Below are positions 36,606 through 50,428 of a stretch of DNA of 64,000 nucleotides, one piece after another. Source of the stretch: Octopus bimaculoides (lineage: Eukaryota); the NCBI RefSeq assembly GCF_001194135.2, contig NC_068981.1, positions 158,775,607-158,839,606 of the forward strand, given 5' to 3'. The notes beneath the pieces were generated by a model. It saw only the letters and a list, made by a program, of their open reading frames with translations, ran no database searches and had not been told where the DNA came from. Made by a program: the position numbers and the translations under genes. The stretch's first letter is position 1. Every line of letters begins with the position of its first letter.

Positions 36606-39600
36606 GTATGTCATTATATTTAATGCATAAGTGTTCTTCTAATTAAAGCATTTTTATTCATGTATTGATCGACCCTTATTTAGTTTTAGAGTTGCTTGAT
36701 TTTAGGCATAGCGTTTTCTACGGTGTAGTTTCGTCGCTATCCGGTACGAGCAAGCCACGAATGAATGAATACAACACTGAAGAGACAAATTGAAACTAAA
36801 TGTGTATAAAAGAACATTATTTATCTAATTCTCCAGTTATAGATTCACTAGCTAAATTCATAAAGCATCAATAAATGAAATTAACCATCCGATTAAGCAC
36901 ATAATAGTGATTTATGTCGTTGGTAATTGGCATCCCTGGGTTATTTCCCTCGGGCTTTGTTTTGTCCCACCAACATGTATATCATTGTATATGTATAAAT
37001 ATTTCTCCGTTTCCGTTGATCTGGCAGAAAAGTGAATGATTATGTGTCTTTGAGGAAAACTAATAATACTGAACTATTCCCAAACCTGACTGTGTTTGTT
37101 AATGATCAGCCTATTCTTCACCTCACTGTAGTTTTTAAATTTCAACTTTTAATTAATAATGACTGGCGCCTCAATTCTTTTCATTTTTGTTTTTAAATTT
37201 CATATTTTGAGTTGTCACCCCTGCCTATGTTTGATTTCTCTTAAGCGTTGTTCGGCAATGTTTACCTCTACCTATAGTTTCATTAATTAAAATTATTGTG
37301 TTCGCCACTCTTACGTTATGTGAGCACTTATTTCACTGTCCTTACAGCACAGGAAAATCGATGTGCGTGGTATATACATATANNNNNNNNNNNNNNNNNN
37401 NNNNNNNNNNNNNNNNNNNNNNNNNNNNNNNNNNNNNNNNNNNNNNNNNNNNNNNNNNNNNNNNNNNNNNNNNNNNNNNNNNNNNNNNNNNNNNNNNNNN
37501 NNNNNNNNNNNNNNNNNNNNNNNNNNNNNNNNNNNNNNNNNNNNNNNNNNNNNNNNNNNNNNATATGTATATGTATATGGTTTCACTCGTTGGACTGCGG
37601 CCTTGCTGGGCATCATAAAAAGTTTAGTTAAACAAGTCGAGATGGGTTCGTCTTATGAGCCCACGAAACTTTGGATCTTTCTGATCCGCCAAATCAGAAA
37701 GACCCGAAACTTTTAATAATATAGAGCTGAGTCAAACTGTTATTAAATCATAAGCTCTATCTTTTTTTTTTCTTTGATAAGATACAAAGTCAGTCAATAG
37801 TCAAGGATTTAAATTGATCCTGTTAAGGGATCAAAGTAAAACTACTATGAAGTGAAACTTGATAACCAGAAAGATAGCCTGTCGTGTATGTGAGCGTGAG
37901 TGTATACAGGTGTTATTTTTTATGCTATGGATATTGAATAAATGTCTGATTGAAGTAAATACTGGGTTTCAAGTTAATGAGGGGACTTTTACATACATGC
38001 CCATTTAAATTGCTAGAAATAAGTCAACTCTCCTTAAAACATATCGTACCATCTTAGAAAAACACACTTTAGATAATGTGGTCTGTTATACTGAAAACAG
38101 GACGGGATAATCATACCTTAAATTCCTTTTGATCATAGGTTTTCTCAACCACCGCTAACTTGGAGGTAAACAAGTACTTGGGTTAATGTTAACAAAACCC
38201 TTGAAGGCAGTGCTCCAGCATGAGCACTGTTTATAACTGAAAATCTATGTAAAGTGTGAAAATGAATTGAATAATATTGATGAATAGATTGAAATATTTT
38301 ATAAATTATTAATAATTGTTGAAGGATATTCCTTAAAAACGCAGTGGATACTTCATTAATCATTATTTCTATTTTTAGTGTATATCCGATCCTATGATTA
38401 CTGGAGAGCTGCTCAGGAGTCAGGTACATTTACTCAACAAATGTGCAGGTATGTTGAGATTGTTGCACTAAAAATTACATCATTCATTCTCCCTTTTCAT
38501 TAGTTTTTTTGCATCTCCCATTAGCTTTGTATCCGTGATTGACTTTGTCCCCACCAATTTGCAAGTTTTAATATTTTTTTCTGTTTAAGTGGTGAGCTGG
38601 CAGAATTGCTTGCACATCAGATAAAATGCTTAGTGGTATTTCTTCCAGCTTTTTACATTCTGAGTTCAAATTCCTCCAAGGTCCACTTTGCTTTTCATCC
38701 TTTCAGGGTCAGTAAAATAAATACCAGTTGAGTACTGGGGTTGATGTAATCAACTAAGCACTCACCCCTAAAATTACTGACCTTGTGCCAAAATTTAAAA
38801 CCAATATTTTCTCTGTTTACCTTCCATTTTTAGTGTTAAAACATGTTAGCAACATTGGAACTTAAATATATTGATAAGTTAATTTGAGATATTCTGATAG
38901 TAATTTCTATGTTAGCTTGTGTCACATAGCCATCTGGAAACGATGTTTCCTGGGGCTAAATAGCAGTAGCATTCTTCCCTTTCCTGGGACTACCACATTA
39001 AGTTGGCAACAAACCATCACTTTTTCCATTATTTATTTTATCTTTAAATTTTTATTTATAGGATTCAATTAAAAATTCTTAAGCAATGCTAGAAAACAAT
39101 ATTTTTTCTCCCTCATTAATTAACCTTGGAATATTAAATGTCGGAAAGAGCAGTGATAGAAACCCTGGTTCTGTGTTTTTGAATATTTAATTTAATACCT
39201 TTTTTTCTGCTTCATTTCAAATTTAGTTGTGAACTATATTGCTTGCTATTTCTTTTGAGCCAGTCCAATAGGCTATACTTCACCCCTTCAAAAATGAATG
39301 TTGTGCTAGAAAAATAAAATCAATCAATAGGAAATTCAATTGGTTTCTTTTTTTTTCCTAAATCTCTTTTATTTCAGTGTTTGCATCTTTGTTGTTGTCT
39401 TCATATACATGGATCAAGAAAAGTTGAGCCCTCAAGTACTTTTCATTGTTTCTTCTCTTTTGACTCTTATTGGTTATTGCATTAAAGTTATCATACATGA
39501 CAAACAAGAAATTGACAATAAAAGAACAAGTAAGTGAATTATTGTTTTATCATTATTTTCTTTGTTATCGCTATTTTACACAATCATTCTCCATGTTGGT

Positions 39601-42600
39601 ATATTTTTATGGTTGAATATATTGAAATGGATTGCATAGCACATTACTACTGCAGCATAATTTTTTTTTCCCTTATTGTATTTTATTGGTGCAAGTTCAA
39701 TTAGGCTTTATTTAACTCTTGCTTTCTAACCTAAGAAAAGCACACTTTCATTTTAATTGCTATTTAACCCCTAAAACTATATCTTATTTTAAGTTAGTAA
39801 GATGTGGTCAGCTGGTTGAAATGAAAAAAATTATTGCATTGTTTCTAACACTGTGTTGTGTCCTTAAGAAAATACTTAACCTTTAAAAGTTCAGCCCACC
39901 TGGCCATAAATAGATGTATTGTAAACTACTGTTTACAAGCAGTGATGATTTCATTAGTTTGCTCAGCTGGTCTCAAAAGTGCCTTTGCAAAAAATCTGTG
40001 ATAGATTGACATCATATCCAAGAGAAAGAATACTGTAAAAGTACTTCATACAGAGAGATATAAAACTTCCATGACATACTACGGTAAAGAGCATTAGATG
40101 AAATAAGACTTGGTACTAACATTATGAAATTATTGGTTTCAGATTTTGGCACAAGGCCAACAATCTCGGGGAAAGGGGTAAGTTGATTACATCATCCCCA
40201 GTGCTCAACTGGTACTTATTTTATTGATCCTGAAATGATGAAAGGCAAAGTAGACCTTGGCAGAATTTGAACTCACAATGTAAAGATGAGCAAAATACCG
40301 CTAAGCCTTTTGCCCTGTGTGATAATCCTGCCAGCTGTATGAAATTATTGAAAAATATTTAGTGTTTGATTTTTCACTTCAAAAATTTACCCATTCCTAT
40401 GAAGATTTCTGTAATGATTGATTAACTTTTAAATAGTTGTTATCAACAGATAATTTTGACAGAACATTTTGATATTGGATATTTCTAAATTTATTCCATT
40501 ACAGAAATGGATGATCTGAAGACAGCTGTGATATTTGTATCATTCAGTTTAATTCTGTGTCCAGTACTTGTATCTTTGACACAGACCATCAGTACAGATA
40601 CCATTTATTGCATGAGTACAGTAATGTTGCTCTCCAATGTTCTCTTCCATGACTATGGTCCTCATTCTGCTGTGTAAGTATATGAGACTTTCAATAGTGA
40701 TTCTATAGTACATAATTCAAGTAATACAAATTTGTTTCCTTTGTAATACATGTTAGCATTTTCAAAGATTGTTATTACCAAAGTATTAAAAATGAGAAAA
40801 AATCCATAACATCCACTGCTCTTATGGTAGGAAAGACTAGTGATACATTTACCACTTTCAAATTTGTTGTTGTTGGCACTCCGTCGCTTATGACGACTAG
40901 GGTTCCAGTTGATCCAATCAACGGAACAGCCTGCTCGTGAAATTAACGTGCAAGTGGCTGAGCACTCCACAGACATGTGTACCCTTAACGTAGTTCTCGG
41001 GGATATTCAGCGTGACACAGTGTGACAAAGCTGACCCTTTGAATTACAGGCACAACAGAAACAGGAAGTAAGAGTGAGAGAAAGTTGTGGTGGAAGAGTA
41101 CAGCAGGTTTCTCCACCATCCCCTGCTGGAGCCTCGTGGAGCTTTAGGCGTTTTCGCTCAATAAACACTCACAACACCCGGTCTGGGAATCGAAACCGCA
41201 ATCCTATGACCGCGAGTCCGCTGCTCTAACCACTGGGCCATTGCGACTCCACACCACTTTCAAATATAAAGTTGGAACCAGCAAAAAATTTGTTAAAGGG
41301 TATGAGGTCCACATGGAGCAAATGAAAATGTTTTAACAAACTCTATATTTGTTTTAGCTTAACCAGATACATCAAAGAGAAATGGAAATAATGTTGAATC
41401 CTCATTCTGTAATTATGGGACACAACAGTCCAAACTATGAGTCACCTGCTAGTTTGTCCATTTTTGGATTCTCCTTGTTTGAATTATTTGATATAGACAT
41501 CAAACACCATACAAACATTTTACTATAGAACTATTGCTTTCATTAAATTAATTTGTTAATGGGATAAATGAGCCTTGTATTTAGTTTATAGAAACACCTT
41601 CATCAATTGACTTGCAGTTGTTTTGAGGTTTTCTTATGATAGGTGAGTCTTATTTTATATATCTACAGCAAGCCAGCTTGGTGCAGTCCATCTTGATGTT
41701 GTACCTACAGGAAAGCACTGCAAGCTAAATAAAATGCTTCGATTTGACAGGGTTGTTACTCATAGCAGTACTTTATACCACCCTATGATACCTGCTAAAA
41801 GTTAGATTAACTAGGCCATTGAGAGCTAAATGTCTTGGTTGCAGATACAACATACTTCCAGTAATTCATCCCTCCAACTTAATATTTTCACTCAGTAATT
41901 CTATTCAATAAAGACCTTGAAAACCTTAATATTTTAGCTCTCTTAAATGAAGTGCTCATTAAAAAAAATTACTACTTTAAACAGAATTAATCTTAAAAAG
42001 TTTATATGTGCATTGTCCTTAAATTTTAAAATTTTATCTATTAATACATTGTTATACTTACATCTTTTGCCAATTAAACATCTGCACTATTTATTTGATC
42101 CTCACTTTAATTTTATTAATTTTTTTTTTTTTAGTTTGTCAAAATTTTTATTTCGTTTTGGAATAGGCAGAGCAAGAGGAGACACATGGGTCAGAGGGTC
42201 ACTGAAGAGGTCACAGAAAGTGACAAAAGAACTTTGACAGATAAATAAACTAAAAAAAAATAATAATACTTAAACTAAAGTGCATGTGTTTAATTGGCAA
42301 AAAATGACCATCCCCGAGTATAACAGTATTTGTTTCAACACTCATTTTCACATCAAGAATCTTGCAAGACAAATACACAAACGTATTGATTCATTGTTTT
42401 ATTTATTATATATATATATATATATATTTTGCTATTACTTCAATTTTCATTCCACAGTGTGTCAAGTCCTTTGTCATTGAATGCAGCTATCTTTGCTGCT
42501 GTTTGTTTAGCATCAAGACTCCACACACCTTTACATGCTTTCTCGATTGTGACTTTTGCACTTGAAATCTTTGCATTGTGGCCTATGCTTCGAATAGAGC

Positions 42601-44697
42601 TAAAGGTAATGAAAAGCATGATTTTATTGGTTTATTAATGAATGCAATATATTGTCTTTGCTTAAACAAACAATTCTTTTCATAAGCAGAGTGCATCATT
42701 ATTTTAATTTTAGTTTTTCACTGCTAATATGTGAGTTGAATAGTCTGAAAAACAAGTTTCTTCCAAAAGCTTTTCTAGTTTCATTTGAGTATCTTAATGT
42801 TTCTATTAGATATTAGTTTACTGAACAAAATTATAAATTCTGTTTGATTTTAACATTTGTAGAACTGCTTTGTCACTCATTGCGTGTTGGGTGGTTATAT
42901 ATAAGTTGAAAGTTCTACAAGTTTTATATAAGTTGAAAGATTATCAAACATTATTAGATCAAGTAGTGTTAGATAGCTGTATGATCTTTCATCAGTTACA
43001 TTACACAACCTTGAAATGGGAGTGATGCATGTTTTAGATTGAGAGTGAATTACTCAACTTCTCTGACTATATATATTAATGCAATATATATGGTATATAT
43101 TCAGTAATGTATACCCCTGCAGCTAGCTGCTATATACAAATCAATATTATGAATGATAGTAACACAGTGAGCTGGCAGAATCACCAGCATGCAAATTGCT
43201 TAGCAGAATGTTCGTCTTTACATTCTGAGTTCAAATTCCACCAAGGTTAACTTTGCTTTTCGTCCTTTCAGGATCAATAAAATAAGTACCAGTTCAACTG
43301 TGGGGTCGATATAATTGACTTACCCCATTGCCATAAATTGCTGACCTTGTGCCAAAATTCGAAACCAATACTATGAATGATGGCACTAGCAATTGCTGTT
43401 ACAATCAGCAATTAATGTTCTGCTTGTGTTGGAAATTGAAATAATACTTTTGTAAGTTGTATTCAACTTTGTTGCTCAATACCAGTTCACACAGTAACTG
43501 TATAATTGGATCATTGATGATAGTCAATGCTGTAAAAAGACAGTTGGCTCTATGGTACTAACAGTAATAGTTCAAGTCTCTCGTATGTATTACTGATATA
43601 AGACTCTATTACTATGAGATTGTGATATAACATATAATTTGATGTATTCAATACGCATTATATGGTGTGCACAAACAAAATCCAGGTATGTATGTTGTAT
43701 GAAGATTACATAACATTTGTCTCTAATCTGTCCCACTGCCCAGCTGCTAAGGTAATAAAATACTATATTGGATGCTTTATGTTATGTAGTTCAGTATTTT
43801 TCTGATCCAATGTATAACTAGGGTCAGCTTTACTTATTGTCTATCAAGGTTCAATAAAATAATCATCAGAATATGCTATACCTTATCTGTTACAATTATT
43901 CAAAATGAATGCAAATGACAGTATTAAATTATTATTTTTTAATTGATTTCTTGATTCTTAAATGAATTTTTTTTTCTGCTGTTTATCTTTACAGAAAAGA
44001 GGCTCTATTTGCCAAAATACAATGAGTGTTTTAGTTGGTGTGATAGCCAGTGTAGCATTGTGGTCTGTGTCACCTTTTGGAGCAACCATTTTTATCACTG
44101 TTCATCTCCTGATCAATTTTGCTTGTCCAGCATGGCTTTGCAGGCTTCAGTCATCTAAGAAGTAAGATTTAAGCATTTTATATTTTTTCTGGTGAAATAA
44201 ACGTGTTGTTTCATTGCTTATACTTACTTAGCTGTCTAGAGTTTCATGATTATTTCTCTAAAATCATTTAAGATATACCTTGCTTCAGTCTCATATTAGA
44301 TCATACTATACATTCTACAATAGAATGAGTTCCTTGTGGGGCATAGTATAACATTCAGCTAAAAAAAATCATTACAAGAGGATAATGTAAGCAATAATTA
44401 TGTATAAGTTTTTAAGAAAGAACAGCATTACCTCTTCATTTGAAGATATTGATGTAAATCATTAATGGAAGCTATCTAGTAATAATATCTTACTTGTACA
44501 AGTTATATATGAATATAATATTAGAGGACTGCAAAATGACATAGGTTTTAACAAAGCCAGATGATTCCTAGTAACTTTAGTTTTGTTAGTATATAAGCAT
44601 TTAATAAACTTTTTCTTCTTCTTTCAGCAATATTTATGGTCCTTGGGATGAAGCCATCATCAACAGCATAGAACATCCAAAGGCTACTAGAAACTGA
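36509..44697 (+). CDS. PIGC: Phosphatidylinositol N-acetylglucosaminyltransferase subunit C (GPI2 family); join(36509..36605,38379..38448,39378..39529,40505..40673,42458..42605,43995..44161,44628..44697), 290 aa
   Basis: Manual splicing gives 873 nt with consistent phases and all GT-AG introns. The protein carries the family motifs [49 protein letters not shown] and NIYGPWDEA. Confidence 0.96.
38379..38448 (+). CDS. PIGC: PIGC coding exon 2
   Basis: tttttag|...(L)[22 protein letters not shown](S)...ag|gtatgt. Confidence 0.92.
38589..38806 (+). mobile_element. tRNA-derived SINE family A in PIGC intron 2
   Basis: ggtgagctggcagaa..ctgagttcaaattcc..ttgtgccaaaattt.aaaccaata. Confidence 0.8.
39378..39529 (+). 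CDS. PIGC: PIGC coding exon 3
   Basis: tttcag|...[36 protein letters not shown]...|gtaagt. Confidence 0.93.
40130..40338 (-). mobile_element. tRNA-derived SINE family A in PIGC intron 3 (antisense)
   Basis: Reverse complement of the family A consensus. Confidence 0.8.
40505..40673 (+). CDS. PIGC: PIGC coding exon 4
   Basis: ttacag|...[10 protein letters not shown]...STDTIYCMS...HDYGPHSA...|gtaagt. Confidence 0.94.
40864..41252 (-). mobile_element. Young full-length tRNA-derived SINE with 13-bp TSD in PIGC intron 4
   Basis: Head ggagtcgcaatggcccagtggttagagcagcgg..ggtttcgattccc; (AAC)n tail; TSD accactttcaaat at 40851-40863 and 41253-41265. Confidence 0.88.
42458..42605 (+). CDS. PIGC: PIGC coding exon 5
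   Basis: ccacag|...[21 protein letters not shown]...[11 protein letters not shown]|gtaatg. Confidence 0.95.
43168..43368 (+). mobile_element. tRNA-derived SINE family A in PIGC intron 5
   Basis: gtgagctggcagaatc..gagttcaaattcc.. Confidence 0.8.
43995..44161 (+). CDS. PIGC: PIGC coding exon 6
   Basis: ttacag|KRGSICQ...[16 protein letters not shown]...|gtaaga. Confidence 0.93.
44628..44697 (+). CDS. PIGC: PIGC coding exon 7 (terminal)
   Basis: tttcag|...[25 protein letters not shown]. Confidence 0.94.
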
Positions 44698-47600
44698 TAA
44701 ATTCACCAAAGAGTTAACAGTTTTTTTTCAATGTTGATGTATATATTTAAAAGCTGAAATGTTCCAGAAGTCTGTAAGTAATCATAAACTAGGAAGAATT
44801 TGAGATTCTATAAAAACACTTGGCTAAAGTCTCTTTGATTGGGTGAATGTCACTCATCAACTTGTAAACATCCTTCATCAGTATCTGCTTCAAGGTTGAT
44901 AATGAAATATCTGAGATTAACAATTACTTTAAGAGACCATGTCTTTAACATTACGAAACAAAACTAATTTATTTGGTCGCTTCTTAAGGGTAATCGTAAT
45001 CTAACCCTTTCGTTATTGTCTCACTAGTTATCAAGATTCTACAATCAATCTGTCAAATAATCCTTCACTGCTCACCACCACTGTTAATATCCTGAACAAT
45101 TTCCTTGATTGATCCAGTTAACATCAGAAATGATTTTATGTTGGTGAAATCCTAAGTATTAAGAGTGTGAATAATCTATGTAGGTAGAGATTAGGTTTGA
45201 TAAATAGCAAGATATTGCCTCTTCCTTCTTGAATTTAAACTTCTGAGAGGATTTTACTTATGCTGTCTTTATTGCCACCTGTTTCTTGTTTGAGTGATTC
45301 TTTAAGGACAGCAATGGTATGAAATTGGTTTCTTTATCTGGAATGAATCATTGTCAAAATGTTTATCAACAGATAACATGGTGTAATTCGTTCATCTTGT
45401 TCAGGGAAAATAAAGGCAAAGTATGTAGAGAATATATAATTTTTTCCTTGGTAAATAATTAATAATCCAAGGCAATATATTTAATTTCATTTACATATTT
45501 ATCTTCATTTGTAAAAAGCTGTTCTGAGATGTCATTTCACATTAGTCTGAAGTGTTAGACAATCTTGTATATTATGTTCAAATAGTTGAAGATAAAAGAA
45601 GGTTAAGTAATAATTGATAACTATTTTTGTTAAAATTGTGTTGTGGATAACTCAGAAAGAAGAATAGTGGAGTAAATTGATAAAGCTAAAATGTTTAGTT
45701 TATAATTAAAATAAAGAGCAATAAATGAATACTTGATTGTTGCTGCTTTAGGCTTAAAAAGAGTTAGCTAGATGTTAGTATTATAGGAAAACTTTTGGGA
45801 AATTTCCATTGCAGCCTTTTGGGAAGGCAGGGAAGTTGAGTGTTCAACCATTTATTCTTTTTTTCATTTCAGTCATGTGGCTGCAGTCATGCTAGTGCAC
45901 CACTGTGAAGGTTCTTGACATTCCACATGTATATGCCCAAAATGTGAGTTAAAATAGCTGATTGTCTCTCTGCCTTCACCAATAAACTGAAATGGAAAAT
46001 TTCCAGAATTTTCCTGAGGTTCCACGAAATGATCAAATGAACTAGGAAAAAAGTTTGCCAGCTTTTTCTCTGTATGACATTGTGGACTTTATTGATCTCA
46101 GAAATTCTCCTGTCGACTACAATTTTGTTTTGTCTTCTAACAGAGGCTTTCAGGCATCTGTAGAGATTCAGATTGATACTATTCTCTGCATGGGATCATT
46201 GGTAGTTTATCACTGATAGTGGCCAGTCTTTTCTCATCTGATATTTCTGGTGCTTCCTGTCTTTTTTGTCTTGTTCAAATAATTTGTAGCCCAAATAACA
46301 GACTTTCTTTTTTTCTCTTTCCTTTGCAACAGTTTTGAACTGTTTTGGCTGGATGTCACAGAGTGTGAGGTTTCACTTCAAGATGTCTCTGAACTTCAGT
46401 TATGGTCTTCCAAGATGACGCTTTCCTGTCACCAGTTCAGAATTAATATAATCTTTGAAGAGTCAATTATTATTCATCCTTTGAATATATCCAATGCAGC
46501 TGAGTTGATGTCTCATGATCATTGTTTTGATGCTTGCAATTTTTGCTTGTTGTAGGATATTGGTGTTGGTCTTTTATTCCTAATTAATACCTAGTGCTGA
46601 GAAACGTTTTGATGGAACTATTCATTAAGAAGTTGATGTCTTGCAAGCATAAAGAAGTGTGCTGATAACTACCGCTTGGTATGCAGACAATTTGGTGTAC
46701 CAAGCAGTAGTTATCAACACACTTCTCTACACTTGCAAGACATAGACTTCTTAACAGACAGGTTGGTGGTAGTTTTGAGTTTGAGGTCCTTGAAAACTCT
46801 TTGATAAACTATTCTATATGGAGTATGGGCCGCACATATCCTGTTGTTGATTTTGTCAGTGGTTGTATTTGAAGATTAAAATGGAACCAAGTTATAGAAA
46901 GCAGGAGACCTGTTTGGATTGTTGTTGACAGTTATTGTGATGTTTTGTTGTGGGGATCTTGGAGGGAATTGATACAGATTTCTAAGTCATGCTAATCATT
47001 AGGCTTAAATCACTTATTTGTTAGAAGTAATTTTGGTCATGTTTGGATTCAGAATTAACATCTGCATTCCTGAAATGGTGTTCATTGAGGTTTATACATC
47101 AACAAAAATTAGCTTTGATTGAAGACACCTGTGTCATACTTGCTTTTTCTACTTGTGAAGAAGACTCATTTTCGTTTACAACAATCAAATGAATATCACA
47201 AAGGTATAGTGAAAAGGGGGTCGGTGCAAGTATGTTCTGTAGCTTCACAACAGTTTTCACCTTAAATGCTAGCCATGTCAATTCATTTGATAGCACTTAA
47301 CACTTCAATTTGTTGTAAAAGATGGCTATAATATTGGTTGGATGCTTTTACGTTATTTTGAATTATGGCAAAAAATTTCAATGGAATGCTAAGTTTCTGA
47401 AGTATTTTCCACGGTATTTTATGCATATCCTATGGAAAGATTTTGCCAGATCATAAAACAAGAGATGTAGGGGCTTGTGCTTTTTGGCTTTTTCTTGCAG
47501 TTGACACATAGCAAAAATTATGTCTACAAAATCTGCTCTGTGACTCAGAGAAAAGTTTCAATAATTAGCTGGCAATCTACTAATAGGCAAGTTAAGATAT

Positions 47601-50216
47601 AGATTCTGTTTATTAACAGCAGATATTATTTTTTAGTATTAACAATTGGCCTTTGATTTCCTGATACATCTGAGAAGGCTACATGCAATATTTTTTCATT
47701 AGTGCTATATTTGGCAGCAGCCAAATATGTTTCATGTTTTAACCATTGCCTTAGTTGTGTTGTGAAGACATATATTTCTGCTGCTGCTCTACTCACCAAT
47801 ATTTGATACTAATAATAATGATAAAGATGGCTATGATATTGGCTGTCAATATTATTTTGGTATTTTATTCTGAGTTCAAATCCTGCAAATGTTAAATTTG
47901 TTGTTCATTTGAGTTTTGCTAAAAATAACCACCAGTAATATACTGGATTTAATTTAACTGATAATACATCCTCTTAACCAAAAATGACTGCTTAGTTCAA
48001 AGAAAACAATATTTCAACATTAGAAACTATCATTCTTCTTGATTCAATTGATTTTTGTGGTGTACTACAAGATTCAACAAATGGTTTTAATTTTTTATAT
48101 TAGTACATAATAACCAATGCTATTTTCTGTCTGGTGCAACAGTAAAAATTATTCATAATATTTTTATGTTGGAAATTTCTAACATCACTTTTTTTATACT
48201 TCAGTATATGAAAAGTCATGTTTTACTGAAAATTCACTATTGTTGCCTCCTATTTTAATTGTTCTAGATGAGACAACTCTAGATTTCTTATCTCTGGAAA
48301 TTAACAATTTTATAATCTGCTCTCCCTTTTGAAAAAGAAAAAAAATCCATCAACCTGGTCAACTCGTTGAATCTACTCAATCTTCCAAGAAGCTGGATGC
48401 CTTGGGTCTAGTGAGGCTGATGAAAGTCTATATTGATGTAGAATTTGATACTGGTACTAGTTTTTTCAAGATTTGTCACATGGTTATTGAAATATATTTT
48501 TTCAGTAAACATGTTATCAAGAATCTTTATAATGTGAATGAAATCCCAATCTGAAGTAGTTGCTTGTAAAGCAAACACTTCTAAAAGTTTTGGTAAATTT
48601 GTGACATGTATCAAAAGAAGTAATGATCTTTGTAGCTTATTTTTGCTTTTTTTTTTTTTTGCTGATTAGATACATCCTCAGAAATGTGCTTATGAGTAAG
48701 GATTTCAAAAAATGAAAAAAAAAAAAGAAACATATTCATTAATTATGATGTCGAAAAAATTACTTAGTAAACCTTGCAACTCTGTTGAGAGTTCAGACCC
48801 CTTGGCATGGTGAGGTCATCTTCGAGTGAAATATGAATTATTCAATTCTAATATTAAAGTTCATTCTTTAGAACATGGTCTCCATTTATAAGTTAATGAT
48901 TAAGGTAGTGCCAACTGGTTTAAGTTAAGTACATATCTTGATTTGGCTCTATTTTAAATTTTATTCATATTTTCAATCTTACTTGTGCTCTGACTTTTAA
49001 ATCTTGGATTAAATTTTTTATTCTTTAAAATTTACTATTGTTTCTATGGCAATGTGATGTGAATTTTGTTTGAAGGGCATCCAGCTGTAGAAACTCTGCC
49101 AAATTAGATTGGAGCCTGGTGTTGCCATCCGGTTTCACCAGTCCTCAGTCAAATCGTCCAACCCATGCTAGCATGGAAAGCGGACGTTAAACGATGATGA
49201 TGATGATGATGATTGTTATTTACATTGTTGAATTTATCTAAACTTCGTTTTTGAAACTGTTGTACTTAAATTGCACATGAACTTTTCTTGTAAAGTAATC
49301 AAGGGGAGTCAATCAGATTTTTCTTCAAATATTTCGGTGAATGTTGTTGAGATTTACTGATGATCTTTCCAATGATCAGAGCAATCTCACACCTTTTAAT
49401 CTAAGCACTGATGAGCTCCAGGTGAGCCCAATTTTCAACCTAATTTTAGTAATTTTGCTTCACTTATGCTGTTGTTACACTGAAGCTGCTGCTACCTCTT
49501 AAATATAATGAAGGCAATGTAAAAAGAACACATTTCATCATTTGATGCATGTAATTTATTTGCAAATCATGTCCTGAAACATGTGGAATATTATTCATTT
49601 CAATTTTGGTTTAGTGCAGTTTAAATTGGTTTGACTTTTTAATAGAGTTGTAAGGACTAAATGTTTTATATGATTTAATTTTATCGTCACATTCTGTGTT
49701 CAAATCTTACTAGAGCCTGCTTTTCCTCTCATCTTCCAATGAGTGGAGAAAAAAAATAGTGGTTGAATACTCTATATCTTCCCTCCCACAAGCATTTGTA
49801 ACCTTGTGCCACTAGAAATATTGATGCAAGGTCACAAATGGATGTGGCCTTCTGTGTCTAGAATATTTCTAGACACAATCTAGATTTCTAGAGGTTGGGG
49901 ATTAGAAGAATTCATAGAGTTAGAAAAAGGTCCTTTGATATTTAGTTATATCACTTTGTTCTGAGTTCAAATCCTTCAAAAGTCAAAGCAAGTACGAATA
50001 GTAAACTGGAGTTGATTTAGTTGACTGTGCTGTTTCCAAAAATTCATAGCTTTACGCTAATGTTAAAAATTGATACTTCTGATTTTTACTGTTGGTGTAT
50101 TTAAACATTTTAAAAATTAGTTTATCATTTCACTCTTCTAAAAGAGTATTGGTAGATTTTGCTACATTTGAGACTAGAACTTGTCTTTGTTCAATATTTC
50201 TAGCACCAATTTCAGG

Positions 50217-50428
50217 CGATGAGCTGGCAGAATCATTAGCAAGTTAGACAAAATGCTGCTAAGCATTTTACCTATCTATGTGTTCTGGGTTCAAATTCTG
50301 CCATGGTCGACTTTGCCTTTCATCCTTTTGTGGTCAATAAAATAAGTACCAGTTGAGCTCTGGGGTCAGTGTAACTGATTTACCTCTCTCCTGAAATTGC
50401 TGGTTTTGTGCTAAAATTTGAAACCAAT
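50217..50428 (+). mobile_element. tRNA-derived SINE family A
   Basis: ggcgatgagctggcagaatcattagc.. Confidence 0.8.

Noticed and set aside
41170-41252. tRNA-like sequences here and at ~3125, ~3550, ~17220 and ~27860 as tRNA genes
   Set aside because: They lack a proper acceptor stem and run into SINE or repeat bodies.
43513-43597. TGATGA...CTGA pair as a C/D snoRNA
   Set aside because: There is no terminal stem, no evident C'/D' boxes and no recognisable rRNA guide; such a pair is expected by chance.
44695-44700. TGA stop of PIGC as a possible selenocysteine or read-through site
   Set aside because: It is followed immediately by in-frame TAA, and the protein length already matches the family.
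46300-46950. Possible LINE RT remnant (VYQAVVINTLLY..)
   Set aside because: Too degraded to place boundaries or orientation with confidence.
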